Assembly (NCBI GenBank): GCA_016179955.1
Contig: JACPCD010000007.1
Span: forward strand, 5,907 to 69,906
Length of the DNA stretch: 64,000 nt
Reading direction: 5' to 3'
DNA from: Candidatus Woesearchaeota archaeon
Lineage (GTDB): Archaea; Nanobdellota; Nanobdellia; Woesearchaeales; GW2011-AR9
Positions 24,986 to 35,006 of the stretch are shown here, piece after piece. The notes beneath the pieces are model-generated. The model did no database searches, was not told where the DNA came from, and saw only the letters and a program-made list of their open reading frames with translations. The first letter of the stretch is position 1; every line of letters starts with the position of its first letter. The position numbers were made by a program, and so were the translations under genes.

Positions 24986-25930
24986 TTATATCTCTTGGAG
25001 AACATCGTGCGGATTTTTCTGCTGAAATAAAATATTATATAAGCCCGTAATCACCGGCAATTCTAACTGAAATTTCTCTTTCAGATGAATGGCTTCCCTC
25101 ACCGCCGTTACTCCCTCTGCCACCATCTTCATCTCCGCTAAAACGTCGTCTAACCGCCGTCCTTGGCCCACTTGCTCCCCCACATGCCGATTGCGGGAAT
25201 GCCGGCTGGAACAGGTTACGATCACATCTCCCAGTCCAGCCAATCCATAAAATGTTTCCCGGCGGGCGCCCCACTGCAGCCCGATCTCCTTGATTTCTTC
25301 CAATCCTTTGGTCATCACGTACGCTTTCGCATTATCTCCCGCCTGCATGCCATCCAGAACGCCGATAAAAACCGCCAGAATGTTCTTCAGTGCGGAGCAC
25401 ACTTGAACGCCAATGATATCGTTGCTCAGCTCGACGTGAAACGAGGGGCTCTCTAAGACTCCCCGCAGCCGTGCTTTTCCCGAACCCCCGGCTAAGACTG
25501 CGCCGCTAAACAGGCCTTTGCACACTTCCTCGGCGTGGGTCGGCCCATAAAAACAGTACACTTTTCCAGATACTTTTTCTTGAGCCACGTCACTCAACAG
25601 CCGCAGGTTGGAGGCAAATCCCTTGGAGCAAATAATGACTGGTTGAGTGCCCAGGAACTTTTTTGCCTGCTCTATCGTCGATTCAACCGTATGGGAAGGA
25701 ACCGCTATCAACACCAGTTCGGCGTTCGCGAACGCTTTTTCCATCACAGGAGAGATAAAAATGGTATCTTGCAGCTTTGCGTCCGGGAGCAAAGGACAGA
25801 TTCTTTCGTCCTGCATCTTTCGGGCTTGTTCTTCCACAAATTCCCAGATGTTGAGGTGGTGATTGTTTCTGGCCAGATGGACTGCTAAGGCGGTGCCCCA
25901 GCTGCCTCCGCCGAGAATGGTGATGTGCAT
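24986..25930 (-). CDS. gpsA: NAD(P)H-dependent glycerol-3-phosphate dehydrogenase
   Basis: ITILGGGSWGTALA (Rossmann fold), GPTHAEEV and GLGDVIVTCSSRHSRN. Confidence 0.8.
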   Translation of the reverse strand: MHITILGGGSWGTALAVHLARNNHHLNIWEFVEEQARKMQDERICPLLPDAKLQDTIFISPVMEKAFANAELVLIAVPSHTVESTIEQAKKFLGTQPVIICSKGFASNLRLLSDVAQEKVSGKVYCFYGPTHAEEVCKGLFSGAVLAGGSGKARLRGVLESPSFHVELSNDIIGVQVCSALKNILAVFIGVLDGMQAGDNAKAYVMTKGLEEIKEIGLQWGARRETFYGLAGLGDVIVTCSSRHSRNRHVGEQVGQGRRLDDVLAEMKMVAEGVTAVREAIHLKEKFQLELPVITGLYNILFQQKNPHDVLQEI

Positions 25931-26160
25931 GGGAAGAAGAGGAAGGCACTCCTATAAATTAGTTGCGATTGTGTTTGACTGCTGGAGAATGGAAAAGTAT
26001 TTATGGTTCGAACATCTAATTTATGGTATGGGCATGGCAGCGTATCTCGAACATCTTGAAACAATAGCTAAGAAAGAGGTCCCTCTTCGTTTAGAGAATA
26101 TTGTGGGAGCAGAACATTCAGAATATAAAGCCGTTATTAACCTATTGAGTTATTAACCTA

Positions 26161-26487
26161 TTGAGTTCTTCGCAAGGGTATACCATCAGTTTAGATGTTT
26201 ATGACGGCCATCATTTTGCTCAGGGGTATGGGGTTCCAGTCCCTCGACAAGGGTATGATTTAGGCTATTACTCTCGTGTCCTGGAACCAAGCGATAAAAG
26301 TATATTTAGAAAAAAGAGGGTGCTGGGGGCATTTGATAAAGGCAAAGACCGAAGAGCATTAAGGGCAGCCAGGAGAGAATACCAGCGAGTTTTGAAGAGC
26401 ATTGAGAGAGGAGAATATAAGATTACTTTATCTGGAAAACCGGGCACTGCAGAATTTTATTACGGCAACTATTTCCCCATTCTGTGA
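26161..26487 (+). CDS. Hypothetical protein
   Basis: 108-aa ORF with no recognised motif. A 17-bp tandem direct repeat overlaps its start. Confidence 0.3.
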   Translation: MSSSQGYTISLDVYDGHHFAQGYGVPVPRQGYDLGYYSRVLEPSDKSIFRKKRVLGAFDKGKDRRALRAARREYQRVLKSIERGEYKITLSGKPGTAEFYYGNYFPIL

Positions 26488-26589
26488 AAAATAGCGCAGG
26501 AGAGTCCTATTTCAGATTACTATGCCAGTTTTAATAGTAGCTTTTATAGTACACAAATGCTTTTAAGCTAAACTATCTTCTTTAAAATT

Positions 26590-26952
26590 ATGTCAGCTGT
26601 AGCGACGAAGCAACTACGGAAAGAAGAAATTGCGTTAGACGATACTAAAGTTATAAGGCATAGAAGCGAATTAAGCGATAAGTTGGGGCTGGCTATAATC
26701 AAAGGCGGCACGTATTTTTCTATAGAATTAGGCTTAAGTAATACCAACGGAGAACAGTTATATCACCATATAAAAAAATACCATTTTTGGCCCAACTTTT
26801 TCCCCCGCCAAAATTTAAAACGTGAGACTGAAGAACAAGCCCGGGAAAAAGCAGAGACCGACTACCAGAAGTACCAGCAGAAACTTACGGAAGGAAAATA
26901 TCAACTGCATTTCTATGACACCGGAAAATTAGAAATAGAATTTACGGAATAA
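26590..26952 (+). CDS. Hypothetical protein
   Basis: 120-aa ORF. Confidence 0.3.
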   Translation: MSAVATKQLRKEEIALDDTKVIRHRSELSDKLGLAIIKGGTYFSIELGLSNTNGEQLYHHIKKYHFWPNFFPRQNLKRETEEQAREKAETDYQKYQQKLTEGKYQLHFYDTGKLEIEFTE

Positions 26953-27227
26953 GAAACACCCATTCAGAAAGAAAAACCAACAGCTCGACTTGGAATTAGG
27001 AGAGCCAAAGAGTCGGTTTACTTATTCTGACTAAAAGGCCCAGTTAATTTTATATACCACCCCACCATTTTAACCCTATGGCCAAACCAATCAGGGCAAC
27101 ACCCACCTTAAGGGGAAAAGAGGCAAAACAGTTTTTGAAACTTATGGCTAAGAGAGAAAAGTCTCCGCTTTCGGTTATAGATAAAAAATTATATGCCAAT
27201 GTAGATAAGCATAGAAAATATTTTGAA

Positions 27228-27776
27228 TCATTCCTTAATTAAGTCTTTATACAATGGGATGGTGCCTTTTTCTCTTTGCTTTAAAACTTCAAAGCCAAAC
27301 TTCTTGTAGAAATGAATGGAATCTCGCGTAGGATTGGCATTCCTTTTTGCATCAGTAGTTATAAATCTCAATCCTATTTCTTTACTAATTTTTTGAGCCA
27401 ATACCAAAACAAACTCAATCATTAAAGTTCCAATACCTCTTCCAAGATAGCGGTCGGAAACACATAATCTACCAATTTTTAAAGCTGGAAGTGATTTATA
27501 GGGAATGCCTTTCTGTTTAAAATATTCTTTTATTTCACCCTGAAGGCTAATGGCATCAGCCAATACCGTTACATACGCAATTAATTCTTTGTTTGACTTC
27601 AAAAACCAGAGGTAAGTTATTGATATTTGTTTTTTCTGGTTGTCAAAAGCATCTTCAATTAAGAAATCAACAAGTTCCTGTTCGTATGACTTAAAATAGG
27701 CCACACTATGGAAGGGATTAATAATTTCAATGTGCAGTTCTTCAAGTTTTATCAGTGGTGGTCGTTGCTCTTCCAT
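27228..27776 (-). CDS. GNAT-family N-acetyltransferase
   Basis: RYLGRGIGTLMIEFVLVLAQK (acetyl-CoA binding motif A). Confidence 0.7.
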   Translation of the reverse strand: MEEQRPPLIKLEELHIEIINPFHSVAYFKSYEQELVDFLIEDAFDNQKKQISITYLWFLKSNKELIAYVTVLADAISLQGEIKEYFKQKGIPYKSLPALKIGRLCVSDRYLGRGIGTLMIEFVLVLAQKISKEIGLRFITTDAKRNANPTRDSIHFYKKFGFEVLKQREKGTIPLYKDLIKE

Positions 27777-27786
27777 GGCCTCCTCT

Positions 27787-28644
27787 TCATTTCACCAACC
27801 GTAAACTCTGCTGCTGCTGATAATCATAATCATACACTAGGCTCAGCGAAAGGGTGGTGCTATAGGAGTTGAGCGAACCAATATATTTAGTGCAAATGAC
27901 CGTAGCTTCCTGCTGCTCATCAAAGCGGATGAATTGCTGCTCGTCCGCTTCTCCCTGGAAATGGCAGCGCAGCTCCTCTGAACCGAGCTTTGCCGGCCCC
28001 AGATTGACTTGATTTACCGTGCCTTCACCGCGATTCTGCAGGTGCAGTCGAAACTCAGCCTGCGCTCCGTCACCGGGAGCAATGATCTCATCTAACTCCG
28101 TTACCGCTAATGGAGCACCTTGCCCATCATACGATTTATGCGTTTCTACCTTACAGCCGGCATCATACGTTTCATACATCCGGGAATTGATGCAGAGCGT
28201 ATCCGCAAAGTCCACCGTCGAGCGATAATGGGCTTTCAGGAAAAAGTTGGCGGTATATTCATCAGCATTCTCAAACAAGTTTCCGGCACTGCCCCAAAAC
28301 TCTAAAAATGTTTTCTCCCCCTCAGGAGCAGTAAGGCTGCGCCCCGCTAGTGTATTAAACGACTGTTCCAGCGGCGCAACGCTGAAATATTTTTCATCTA
28401 AGCCGATGATTTGAACGATGCCTTCCGTTACATCATACGCCGCTTGATTATCGACGTTCACTATAATCTTGAATGTTGAACCGGGATAGATCTGCTCTGG
28501 GGGCGCATTCTCCAGGAACGTAAATTGAGTTTCCGCCATCCCTTGCTTGAAATTATACTGCCCGGCCTTCTCTCCGGGACCAGTGCTGCAGCCCAGCAAC
28601 AGAACGGAACAGAGTACTACGAACAGCAAAAAAGTACATCTCAT
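27787..28644 (-). CDS. Secreted or lipoprotein-like protein, unknown function
   Basis: Signal peptide and Cys (LLLGCSTGPGE). Confidence 0.35.
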   Translation of the reverse strand: MRCTFLLFVVLCSVLLLGCSTGPGEKAGQYNFKQGMAETQFTFLENAPPEQIYPGSTFKIIVNVDNQAAYDVTEGIVQIIGLDEKYFSVAPLEQSFNTLAGRSLTAPEGEKTFLEFWGSAGNLFENADEYTANFFLKAHYRSTVDFADTLCINSRMYETYDAGCKVETHKSYDGQGAPLAVTELDEIIAPGDGAQAEFRLHLQNRGEGTVNQVNLGPAKLGSEELRCHFQGEADEQQFIRFDEQQEATVICTKYIGSLNSYSTTLSLSLVYDYDYQQQQSLRLVK

Positions 28645-30563
28645 GAAGTAACTGCCTCCACCTCAATGGGAACAGAAGTGCTGATTTCATAATCATAGCT
28701 GAGAGTTGCCTCAAACTCTTTGAAGACATACTCGGAAGGAGCCTGCAGTTCTGGCGGCAAGGCCGTAATGAAGCAGCTGGGCAAATAGATATTATCGCCA
28801 GACCGGGGTGAAGTACTAACGGCCAGAGAACCGCTTAGGCAGCGGGTATCATCCACGGAAAACCCCGGCAACTGCAATTCATAATTTTTCACCGCAATAA
28901 TCTTCCCCCGACCTACGTTTTCAACTGTCGAAGAAAGGACGACGTTTTCAGTGCTTTCAATGATGGGATTTTCCAGAGGATTGCCAAAGGCAAAATTTAT
29001 CCGGGCAAATTCTTCAGGTGCCTGGGAAAGATACGAACTGCCGGGAAAATGAGCGTCCATTATCTTAGGAATCCAAGTCTCTTTCCAGGCGTTTTCCTTA
29101 GCGCCAATAAATGCCCGCTGCAGCCGAGACTTCGCCTGCAAATCCCGGAGAGTTGCATTATAAATTATATCATACGTGCCATCTAAAGCTCCGTCAGGCT
29201 CACAGATAATGATATGGGATGAATGCTCGCGGGGCAATATCTGATAGTTTCCCTGGTCCGTGCCCACCACCTTGCCGGGAATATTTATATCGCCACGGGT
29301 AAAATGACAGGTAACTTCAACCTGCGGCGTAAGCTTCCGTGGATTTTCCAATTTCAATTCGATTGGATACCGCAACGGCTCTCCTTGGCGATAGAACGTT
29401 TTCCGGGGGAAATAATCCCCCACGACAAACTCTGCTTTCGTCGGCTGGGTAATAGTGGCATCAGAGATTCCAACAACTGCAATCTTGGTTTCCTGCTGCT
29501 CGGCAATACATTTATCAACATCCGCATCGCGCTGCACCTGCGTACGGCAGTAGCGGGTAATCTTTTTTTCTTCCAGGCAGGCTGCCCGGTCAATAGTAGG
29601 TTGAGCAATTTGATCAAAGGTGCAACTGATAAAATCAGACCACACATTTTTCGTTTCCGCCAGGGAAGCAGTAATCTTGGACGTTTCCTGTTGGGCAATC
29701 TGGAAATACTGGTCATGGGACTGCTGCTGATACGCTAACGGATTCTGCAGGAAGAGGGGAAATACCAGAAAGAGAACAAAGCCGATGACCAATGTCAGCA
29801 GCAGCCAGCTGACGGCTCCTAGATGCTTGCCGGTGCTCAGCCGGTCAAAGACGCCCATGATAAATAGTGCAACGGCCAGAATCACCCAGATAAACACGTG
29901 GATAGTTATCAAAATGTTCTTAATTTCCGATTCCGGAATAAAATAGAGCAAGCCTTGAGAAATTACAAAATCTAAGGCAAAGGCGAATAATACTAAGCTT
30001 ATCTTCAGGCCGGGCTCGGGCGTGTAGTGCACGGCAATAAAGAAGAAGACCCCTAAGACTAAGCTGATGAGCAAAGAAATCAGGGGATCGTACGCTATAT
30101 AATTCTTGATGAGGAGAACGATGACACTAAGTATGATCAAGGTAATGTAAACGCCCATACCGGAAGATTCATGATGGGTGGTTGAATTTCCGGAACTGCC
30201 CAACGATGGCCAAGAAAATGATTTTCCGGTGGGTTTATTATCTTTAGTCGTTCCAGTTCTGGCCGCTTTTTCCCTTTCCTTGGCGGCTTTTTCTTCATCT
30301 CGGGCAGCTCGTCCTTTCTCTTCAGCAGCTCTTTCCTCTTCCCGGATTACTTCCAGCGCCCGCGCGGAGGTCATAGCCGGGTCTGCTGCTTTTAGTTCTT
30401 TAATCCGCTGGAAGCGTTTATATCTCTGCGTTAGTTCTTTCTGCTCATCATCAGCCATCGCGTACCTCTTTTTAAGATACAGAACATAATTATCCCTGCC
30501 TATAAAAAGCTTACTGGCATTTGGGTTGTAAAGTAAACACCACCAAAATATTAATAAACACAC
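28641..30563 (-). CDS. Polytopic membrane protein with a charged N-terminal region and a large extracellular C-terminal domain, unknown function
   Basis: 640-aa ORF. The true start is probably the internal MADDEQ at about 30458. Confidence 0.35.
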   Translation of the reverse strand: MCLLIFWWCLLYNPNASKLFIGRDNYVLYLKKRYAMADDEQKELTQRYKRFQRIKELKAADPAMTSARALEVIREEERAAEEKGRAARDEEKAAKEREKAARTGTTKDNKPTGKSFSWPSLGSSGNSTTHHESSGMGVYITLIILSVIVLLIKNYIAYDPLISLLISLVLGVFFFIAVHYTPEPGLKISLVLFAFALDFVISQGLLYFIPESEIKNILITIHVFIWVILAVALFIMGVFDRLSTGKHLGAVSWLLLTLVIGFVLFLVFPLFLQNPLAYQQQSHDQYFQIAQQETSKITASLAETKNVWSDFISCTFDQIAQPTIDRAACLEEKKITRYCRTQVQRDADVDKCIAEQQETKIAVVGISDATITQPTKAEFVVGDYFPRKTFYRQGEPLRYPIELKLENPRKLTPQVEVTCHFTRGDINIPGKVVGTDQGNYQILPREHSSHIIICEPDGALDGTYDIIYNATLRDLQAKSRLQRAFIGAKENAWKETWIPKIMDAHFPGSSYLSQAPEEFARINFAFGNPLENPIIESTENVVLSSTVENVGRGKIIAVKNYELQLPGFSVDDTRCLSGSLAVSTSPRSGDNIYLPSCFITALPPELQAPSEYVFKEFEATLSYDYEISTSVPIEVEAVTS

Positions 30564-30579
30564 TGCAAATTATAGGATT

Positions 30580-31470
30580 ATGAAAATACATGTGGTTGAG
30601 ACTTTAAAGCTAACCCCTGAACAAAAAATTAAATTAGATAAGCTTGGGAAAGTAAAATATTTTGAAGAACTACCGGATGTTAATGAGCTTCTGAAACGTT
30701 CTAATGGTGCTGATGTCCTTGCAGTAGATTTTGCGCCTATTGATCTAGCCATTCATAAGATGAAACCGGGCGTGAAATTAATATCTCTGCCATTCACTGG
30801 CGTTGGGTTTCTTCCATTAAAAGAAGCTGCTACAAAAAACATTAAAATTGCAAATTCTCCGGGATTTTCTACGGAGAGTGTAGGGGAGTTTGGAATAGGT
30901 TTGATGCTTGCTCTGGTTAGAAAAATCTATGCTTTCGCCAGAGACGAACCAAAACCACAAGTGGAAATGTGTTTATATGGAAAAACCATAGGAATACTTG
31001 GGGCTGGTCGAATAGGAACATACGTTGGTAAAGTAGCAGAAGCTTTTGGAATGACAGTTATTTTCTGGAAGCGCGGAGACAATTTATTAGAAATTCTTAC
31101 AAAATCTGATGTTGTTTATTGCGCTTTGCCATTGTCAGAAGAGACAAAAGGATTATTGGGAAAAAGAGAGTTCACAGCAATGAAGAAAGGGGCTTTCTTC
31201 GTAACGACATCACACAATCAGATATATGACCATGATGCGCTCCTAAGAGCAGTGAATAGCAATCTAGCTGGAGCAGCAATGGACGCTGAAGGCACTCCTG
31301 AGGGGGATTATAATTCCGTAGTCTACAAAAAATTTAAAGGCCACCCCAAGATTCTCCTAACTCCCCATATAGCTTACAAGACTGAATATGCCATCAAGCG
31401 TGGCTATGACGTGATGATTGACAACATCGAAGCTTTTGTAAAAGGAAAGCCACAGAATATAGTGAATTAA
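30580..31470 (+). CDS. D-isomer-specific 2-hydroxyacid dehydrogenase family protein
   Basis: ILGAGRIGTYVGKVA (NAD binding) and a catalytic-domain-like TPHIAYKTEYA. Confidence 0.8.
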   Translation: MKIHVVETLKLTPEQKIKLDKLGKVKYFEELPDVNELLKRSNGADVLAVDFAPIDLAIHKMKPGVKLISLPFTGVGFLPLKEAATKNIKIANSPGFSTESVGEFGIGLMLALVRKIYAFARDEPKPQVEMCLYGKTIGILGAGRIGTYVGKVAEAFGMTVIFWKRGDNLLEILTKSDVVYCALPLSEETKGLLGKREFTAMKKGAFFVTTSHNQIYDHDALLRAVNSNLAGAAMDAEGTPEGDYNSVVYKKFKGHPKILLTPHIAYKTEYAIKRGYDVMIDNIEAFVKGKPQNIVN

Positions 31471-31557
31471 CAACTAATTGATATGTTTACTACTTAACAT
31501 AATCGAATCATGTACAAAGATTGAGTCCGTTACTATAGAAAAAAAGGAAAAATAGCC

Positions 31558-32787
31558 TTACTTCACCAAACTCACTTTCAACTCCCGTATTTCAATCGTC
31601 TTCCGGGGCTTGATCTTGAGCGCATTATTGCCATCAACAACGTCCCGGCTCAAATCCACCACCAACGAGCTTTCCCGAGTGTCAAAATCGCGCACGTGAC
31701 CATTGAAGACAAACTCGCCGTACTTGCTCGATGCCACATCCACAAAATTAAACTCTAACCGCACCCGCTTCCGGCCATTCTGCACCTCGCGGTACTGCTC
31801 ATGAGACAACTCAAAATAATACGTAGGGAAATCTAACTCTTTAAGCTGAGACTTCACCAGGATATGTGAGATGTAATACGAACCTCTTTCGGTGCGGAAG
31901 GTTAGATCATTCTCACCGGCATGCACTAATGCCGGAGAAAACTCAATAGGAATTAACGCCAGATCACAATCCGGAACTGCTCCATAGATTTCATTGCCGT
32001 TCACGCCGATATGTAATGGACCTACTTGCTCAAAATTGCAGTCCGCCTGAAATTTCAGCGTAACCTTCTCTACGTTGTTCTGCTCCGTTTCAGAAATGAG
32101 GAAGATGCTGCGGGACGATTGGGCATCTAAACTCGTAATGTCCGCCACCACTTTAATGTCTTCCAGAGAAATGTCATTGGCCGCCCAGAACGCTAATCCA
32201 GGAGAAGAGGCCCGGAAAATGAGTTCATTATCCTTTTCTAAACTATTCCTGGGAAGCGTGATGGGACCATCCACCTTATCGCCATTAAATATTTCTTCGC
32301 CATTTAACGTTATAATTAAACGCCCTTCAAACGTATCGGTGGAAAATGCCAACAGCACATTATCAGTATTGGGGAGATCATTTAATACAAAACTGAGGCT
32401 GCTCTTCTCTTCCGAGAATACTCCCCGATGGAGATAGGCAATATTTTTCTCAGCAATTATTTTGCTCTCGGTGCGGGTATAGAGATTGATAACTGGGATG
32501 GGATGCTCAATATCCTGCTGGCCGAGGTAATCTATCCGTCCCGGCGAAGCCGTTAACAGGGTTTCTTCCGCCGTGGCGCTCTGAATCGAGGAGGCATTGG
32601 AAGTGGACGTCGTTTTCTCTCCGAGCAATTCGGCCCGCTCTTGGGGGGGTATAAGCACGATAAACATGATAAGCACTCCCAGAATGATGGCTAACAGGAT
32701 GGCTGCCCCTGCCGCTTGGCCTCGTTGCTGCATAAAAGGAAGAGAACATTTGTCATATATAAAGTATTCTGTTGTGGGGAAGACCAT
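31558..32787 (-). CDS. Membrane-anchored extracellular protein, unknown function
   Basis: 409 aa with a single N-terminal TM. Confidence 0.35.
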   Translation of the reverse strand: MVFPTTEYFIYDKCSLPFMQQRGQAAGAAILLAIILGVLIMFIVLIPPQERAELLGEKTTSTSNASSIQSATAEETLLTASPGRIDYLGQQDIEHPIPVINLYTRTESKIIAEKNIAYLHRGVFSEEKSSLSFVLNDLPNTDNVLLAFSTDTFEGRLIITLNGEEIFNGDKVDGPITLPRNSLEKDNELIFRASSPGLAFWAANDISLEDIKVVADITSLDAQSSRSIFLISETEQNNVEKVTLKFQADCNFEQVGPLHIGVNGNEIYGAVPDCDLALIPIEFSPALVHAGENDLTFRTERGSYYISHILVKSQLKELDFPTYYFELSHEQYREVQNGRKRVRLEFNFVDVASSKYGEFVFNGHVRDFDTRESSLVVDLSRDVVDGNNALKIKPRKTIEIRELKVSLVK

Positions 32788-32860
32788 GGTGCAAAAAAAG
32801 CAGAAAGTACAGAGAACCCTTGCCTAAACCTTTTTATAACCACCATACTTTAAAGCACCG

Positions 32861-33910
32861 ATGCATCTCATCCATTCCGATTTCAAAAAAGGCCTGGTCA
32901 AGCTGCGCCTCACCGAACCCGAGGACTTATGGTATCTGAGCCAGCTCATTGATCCCGGAGATTTGCTGACGGGAAAAGCTACCCGGAAGATTAAGATAGG
33001 GACGGGAGAAAATGCCAGCACCACCAAAAGAACCTTTACTGCCACTATTGAAGCGGAAACGATAGAGTGCAGTGACACGGCAGTGCGGGTTAATGGCAAG
33101 TTACGGGAAGAACCGGAAGACATCCCCAAAGGAAGCTATCAGGCAATTGCCTTGGAAGAAACCAGTGAATTTGTTCTGCAAAAGAGTTCCTGGGCCGCGT
33201 ACCAAAAGCAGAAACTGCAGGAAGCCACCGAAAAAAAGTACACCTTCCTGCTCTGCCTGCTGGACCGGGAAGAAGCATTAATGGCCCTGACCAAAAAGTC
33301 AGGGTACGAAGTCTTGCTCCAACTGCACGGCGATGTTCCCAAAAAAATGAAAGGTTCCCAGGCAGGAGGAAAATTCCAGGAAGAGATTATTGCAGCGTTA
33401 GATACCTACGCCGGCCGATATACTCCGGACAAAATTATTCTGGCCTCACCAGTGTTTTATAAGGAGGATCTGCTCCAAAAGATTTCTGCCCCGACACTGC
33501 GGGAAAAGATCGTCTTGGCCTCCTGCTCCGACGTCAGCATCAAATCGTTAGATGAAGTGATGACCTCACCGGCATTAGCACAAACGCTGCACTCCTCCCG
33601 GCTGCGCCAGGACAAAGTGCTGGTGGACGAACTCCTGCATGAGATCAGCAAGGATAACTTGGCAATCTATGGGTGGAAGGAAGTGCAGACTGCAGTGCAC
33701 GCTGGAGCAGTTCGTATCTTGCTCTGCACCGATGGCTTCATCCGCATCAAGCGGCAGGAGAATGCCTATGAACCGCTGGATCAGCTGCTCAAAAAGGTCG
33801 ATGCTTTAAAAGGAACTATCTGTATTCTCTCCTCCGCAGATGAGAGCGGGAAAACGGTAGATGGCGTAGGAGGCATTGCGGCGCTGCTACGGTATAAAAT
33901 GGAGTGGTAA
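32861..33910 (+). CDS. pelA: Pelota/Dom34 ribosome-rescue factor
   Basis: 349 aa. N-terminal KLRLTEPEDLWYLSQLIDPGDLL and a C-terminal eRF1-like domain. Confidence 0.85.
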   Translation: MHLIHSDFKKGLVKLRLTEPEDLWYLSQLIDPGDLLTGKATRKIKIGTGENASTTKRTFTATIEAETIECSDTAVRVNGKLREEPEDIPKGSYQAIALEETSEFVLQKSSWAAYQKQKLQEATEKKYTFLLCLLDREEALMALTKKSGYEVLLQLHGDVPKKMKGSQAGGKFQEEIIAALDTYAGRYTPDKIILASPVFYKEDLLQKISAPTLREKIVLASCSDVSIKSLDEVMTSPALAQTLHSSRLRQDKVLVDELLHEISKDNLAIYGWKEVQTAVHAGAVRILLCTDGFIRIKRQENAYEPLDQLLKKVDALKGTICILSSADESGKTVDGVGGIAALLRYKMEW

Positions 33911-34097
33911 GGCTTTTGTTTCATCGAAAACCCTCTGGAAAATGTCGCCATCGCCTTATTTTTCGGCCTCCATCATCCATCATTCTTCAAAAACCTATAT
34001 GATGTAAAACCACAACCTTTTAATAGTAGTTTATTTTATTTATAGGTTAGTAACAAAAAGGATTTATTACATAAACAAAAAAAGGGGGGTTTGAAAA

Positions 34098-34892
34098 ATG
34101 ATTGTAAAAGACGAGTTGTTAGTAAAATTGCGCCGGTTCTTTGATTTGAACCTATACGAAGTCAAGCTCTGGAGTGCTTTGCTGAGCCGAGGAGTTTCCA
34201 CCGCCGGGGAATTGTCTGATATTGCGGACGTGCCAAGATCCCGAAGCTATGACGTTCTGGAATCGTTGGAGAAGAAAGGGTTTGTAATCATGAAATTGGG
34301 CAAGCCCATCAAGTACATTGCCATTCCCCCTAATGAAGTGGTGGACCGCGTGCGGAAAAACATGCAGCTTAACTCTCAAGAAAAGATCCGCCGGCTGGAA
34401 AGCGTGAAGGGCTCTCCCCTGTTAACGGAACTGGAAACATTGCACACGCAGGGAATAGCGTTGGTGGATCCCGCCGAGATGAGCGGCTGCCTGCGCGGGC
34501 GAAGCAACGTGTACAACCACCTTGATTATCTGATTAAAGAATCCAAGAAAAGCGTCAACATCATGACCACGGAAAAAGGATTCATGCGCAAGATGGAAGG
34601 GCTGCGGTCTAGTTTGGAAAAAGCCCGCAAGCGGGGCGTCCGAATCCGCATCTCAGCTCCGATATCCAAAGACAACAAGAACGTTGCAGACGGCCTCAAA
34701 AACGTGGCAGAAATAAAACATAATAGCACCGTTAATTCGCGGTTTGTCACGGTTGACGGGCAAGATGTGGTGTTCATGACCATGAACGATAAAGACGTTC
34801 ATCCCAGCTATGACATTGGGGTCTGGGTCAAAACGCCCTACTTTACATCGGCGATGGACAGTCTCTTCAACTCAGTGTGGAATACCAAATAG
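34098..34892 (+). CDS. TrmB-family transcriptional regulator
   Basis: N-terminal winged HTH (LYEVKLWSALLSRGVSTAGELSDIADVPRSRSYDVLESLEKKGFV) plus the TrmB C-terminal domain. Confidence 0.7.
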   Translation: MIVKDELLVKLRRFFDLNLYEVKLWSALLSRGVSTAGELSDIADVPRSRSYDVLESLEKKGFVIMKLGKPIKYIAIPPNEVVDRVRKNMQLNSQEKIRRLESVKGSPLLTELETLHTQGIALVDPAEMSGCLRGRSNVYNHLDYLIKESKKSVNIMTTEKGFMRKMEGLRSSLEKARKRGVRIRISAPISKDNKNVADGLKNVAEIKHNSTVNSRFVTVDGQDVVFMTMNDKDVHPSYDIGVWVKTPYFTSAMDSLFNSVWNTK

Positions 34893-35006
34893 ATTTTTTT
34901 ATTTTTAACTCTTATTTTTTTCTCTTTATTGTATTCACTTTTTCTGCATTTTTTGTATGATAAACCAAGAGTTACGTTTATAAATTAACGGGCATTCTTT
35001 GCCTTC

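Noticed and set aside
27078-27776. GNAT acetyltransferase plus adjacent 54-aa ORF (MAKPIRATPTLRGKEAKQFLKLMAKREKSPLS...) as a GNAT-toxin/RHH-antitoxin pair
   Set aside because: The two ORFs are convergent with overlapping 3' ends rather than co-directional, and the small ORF lacks a clear RHH or DUF1778 signature. It is more likely an ordinary GNAT with a small neighbouring ORF.
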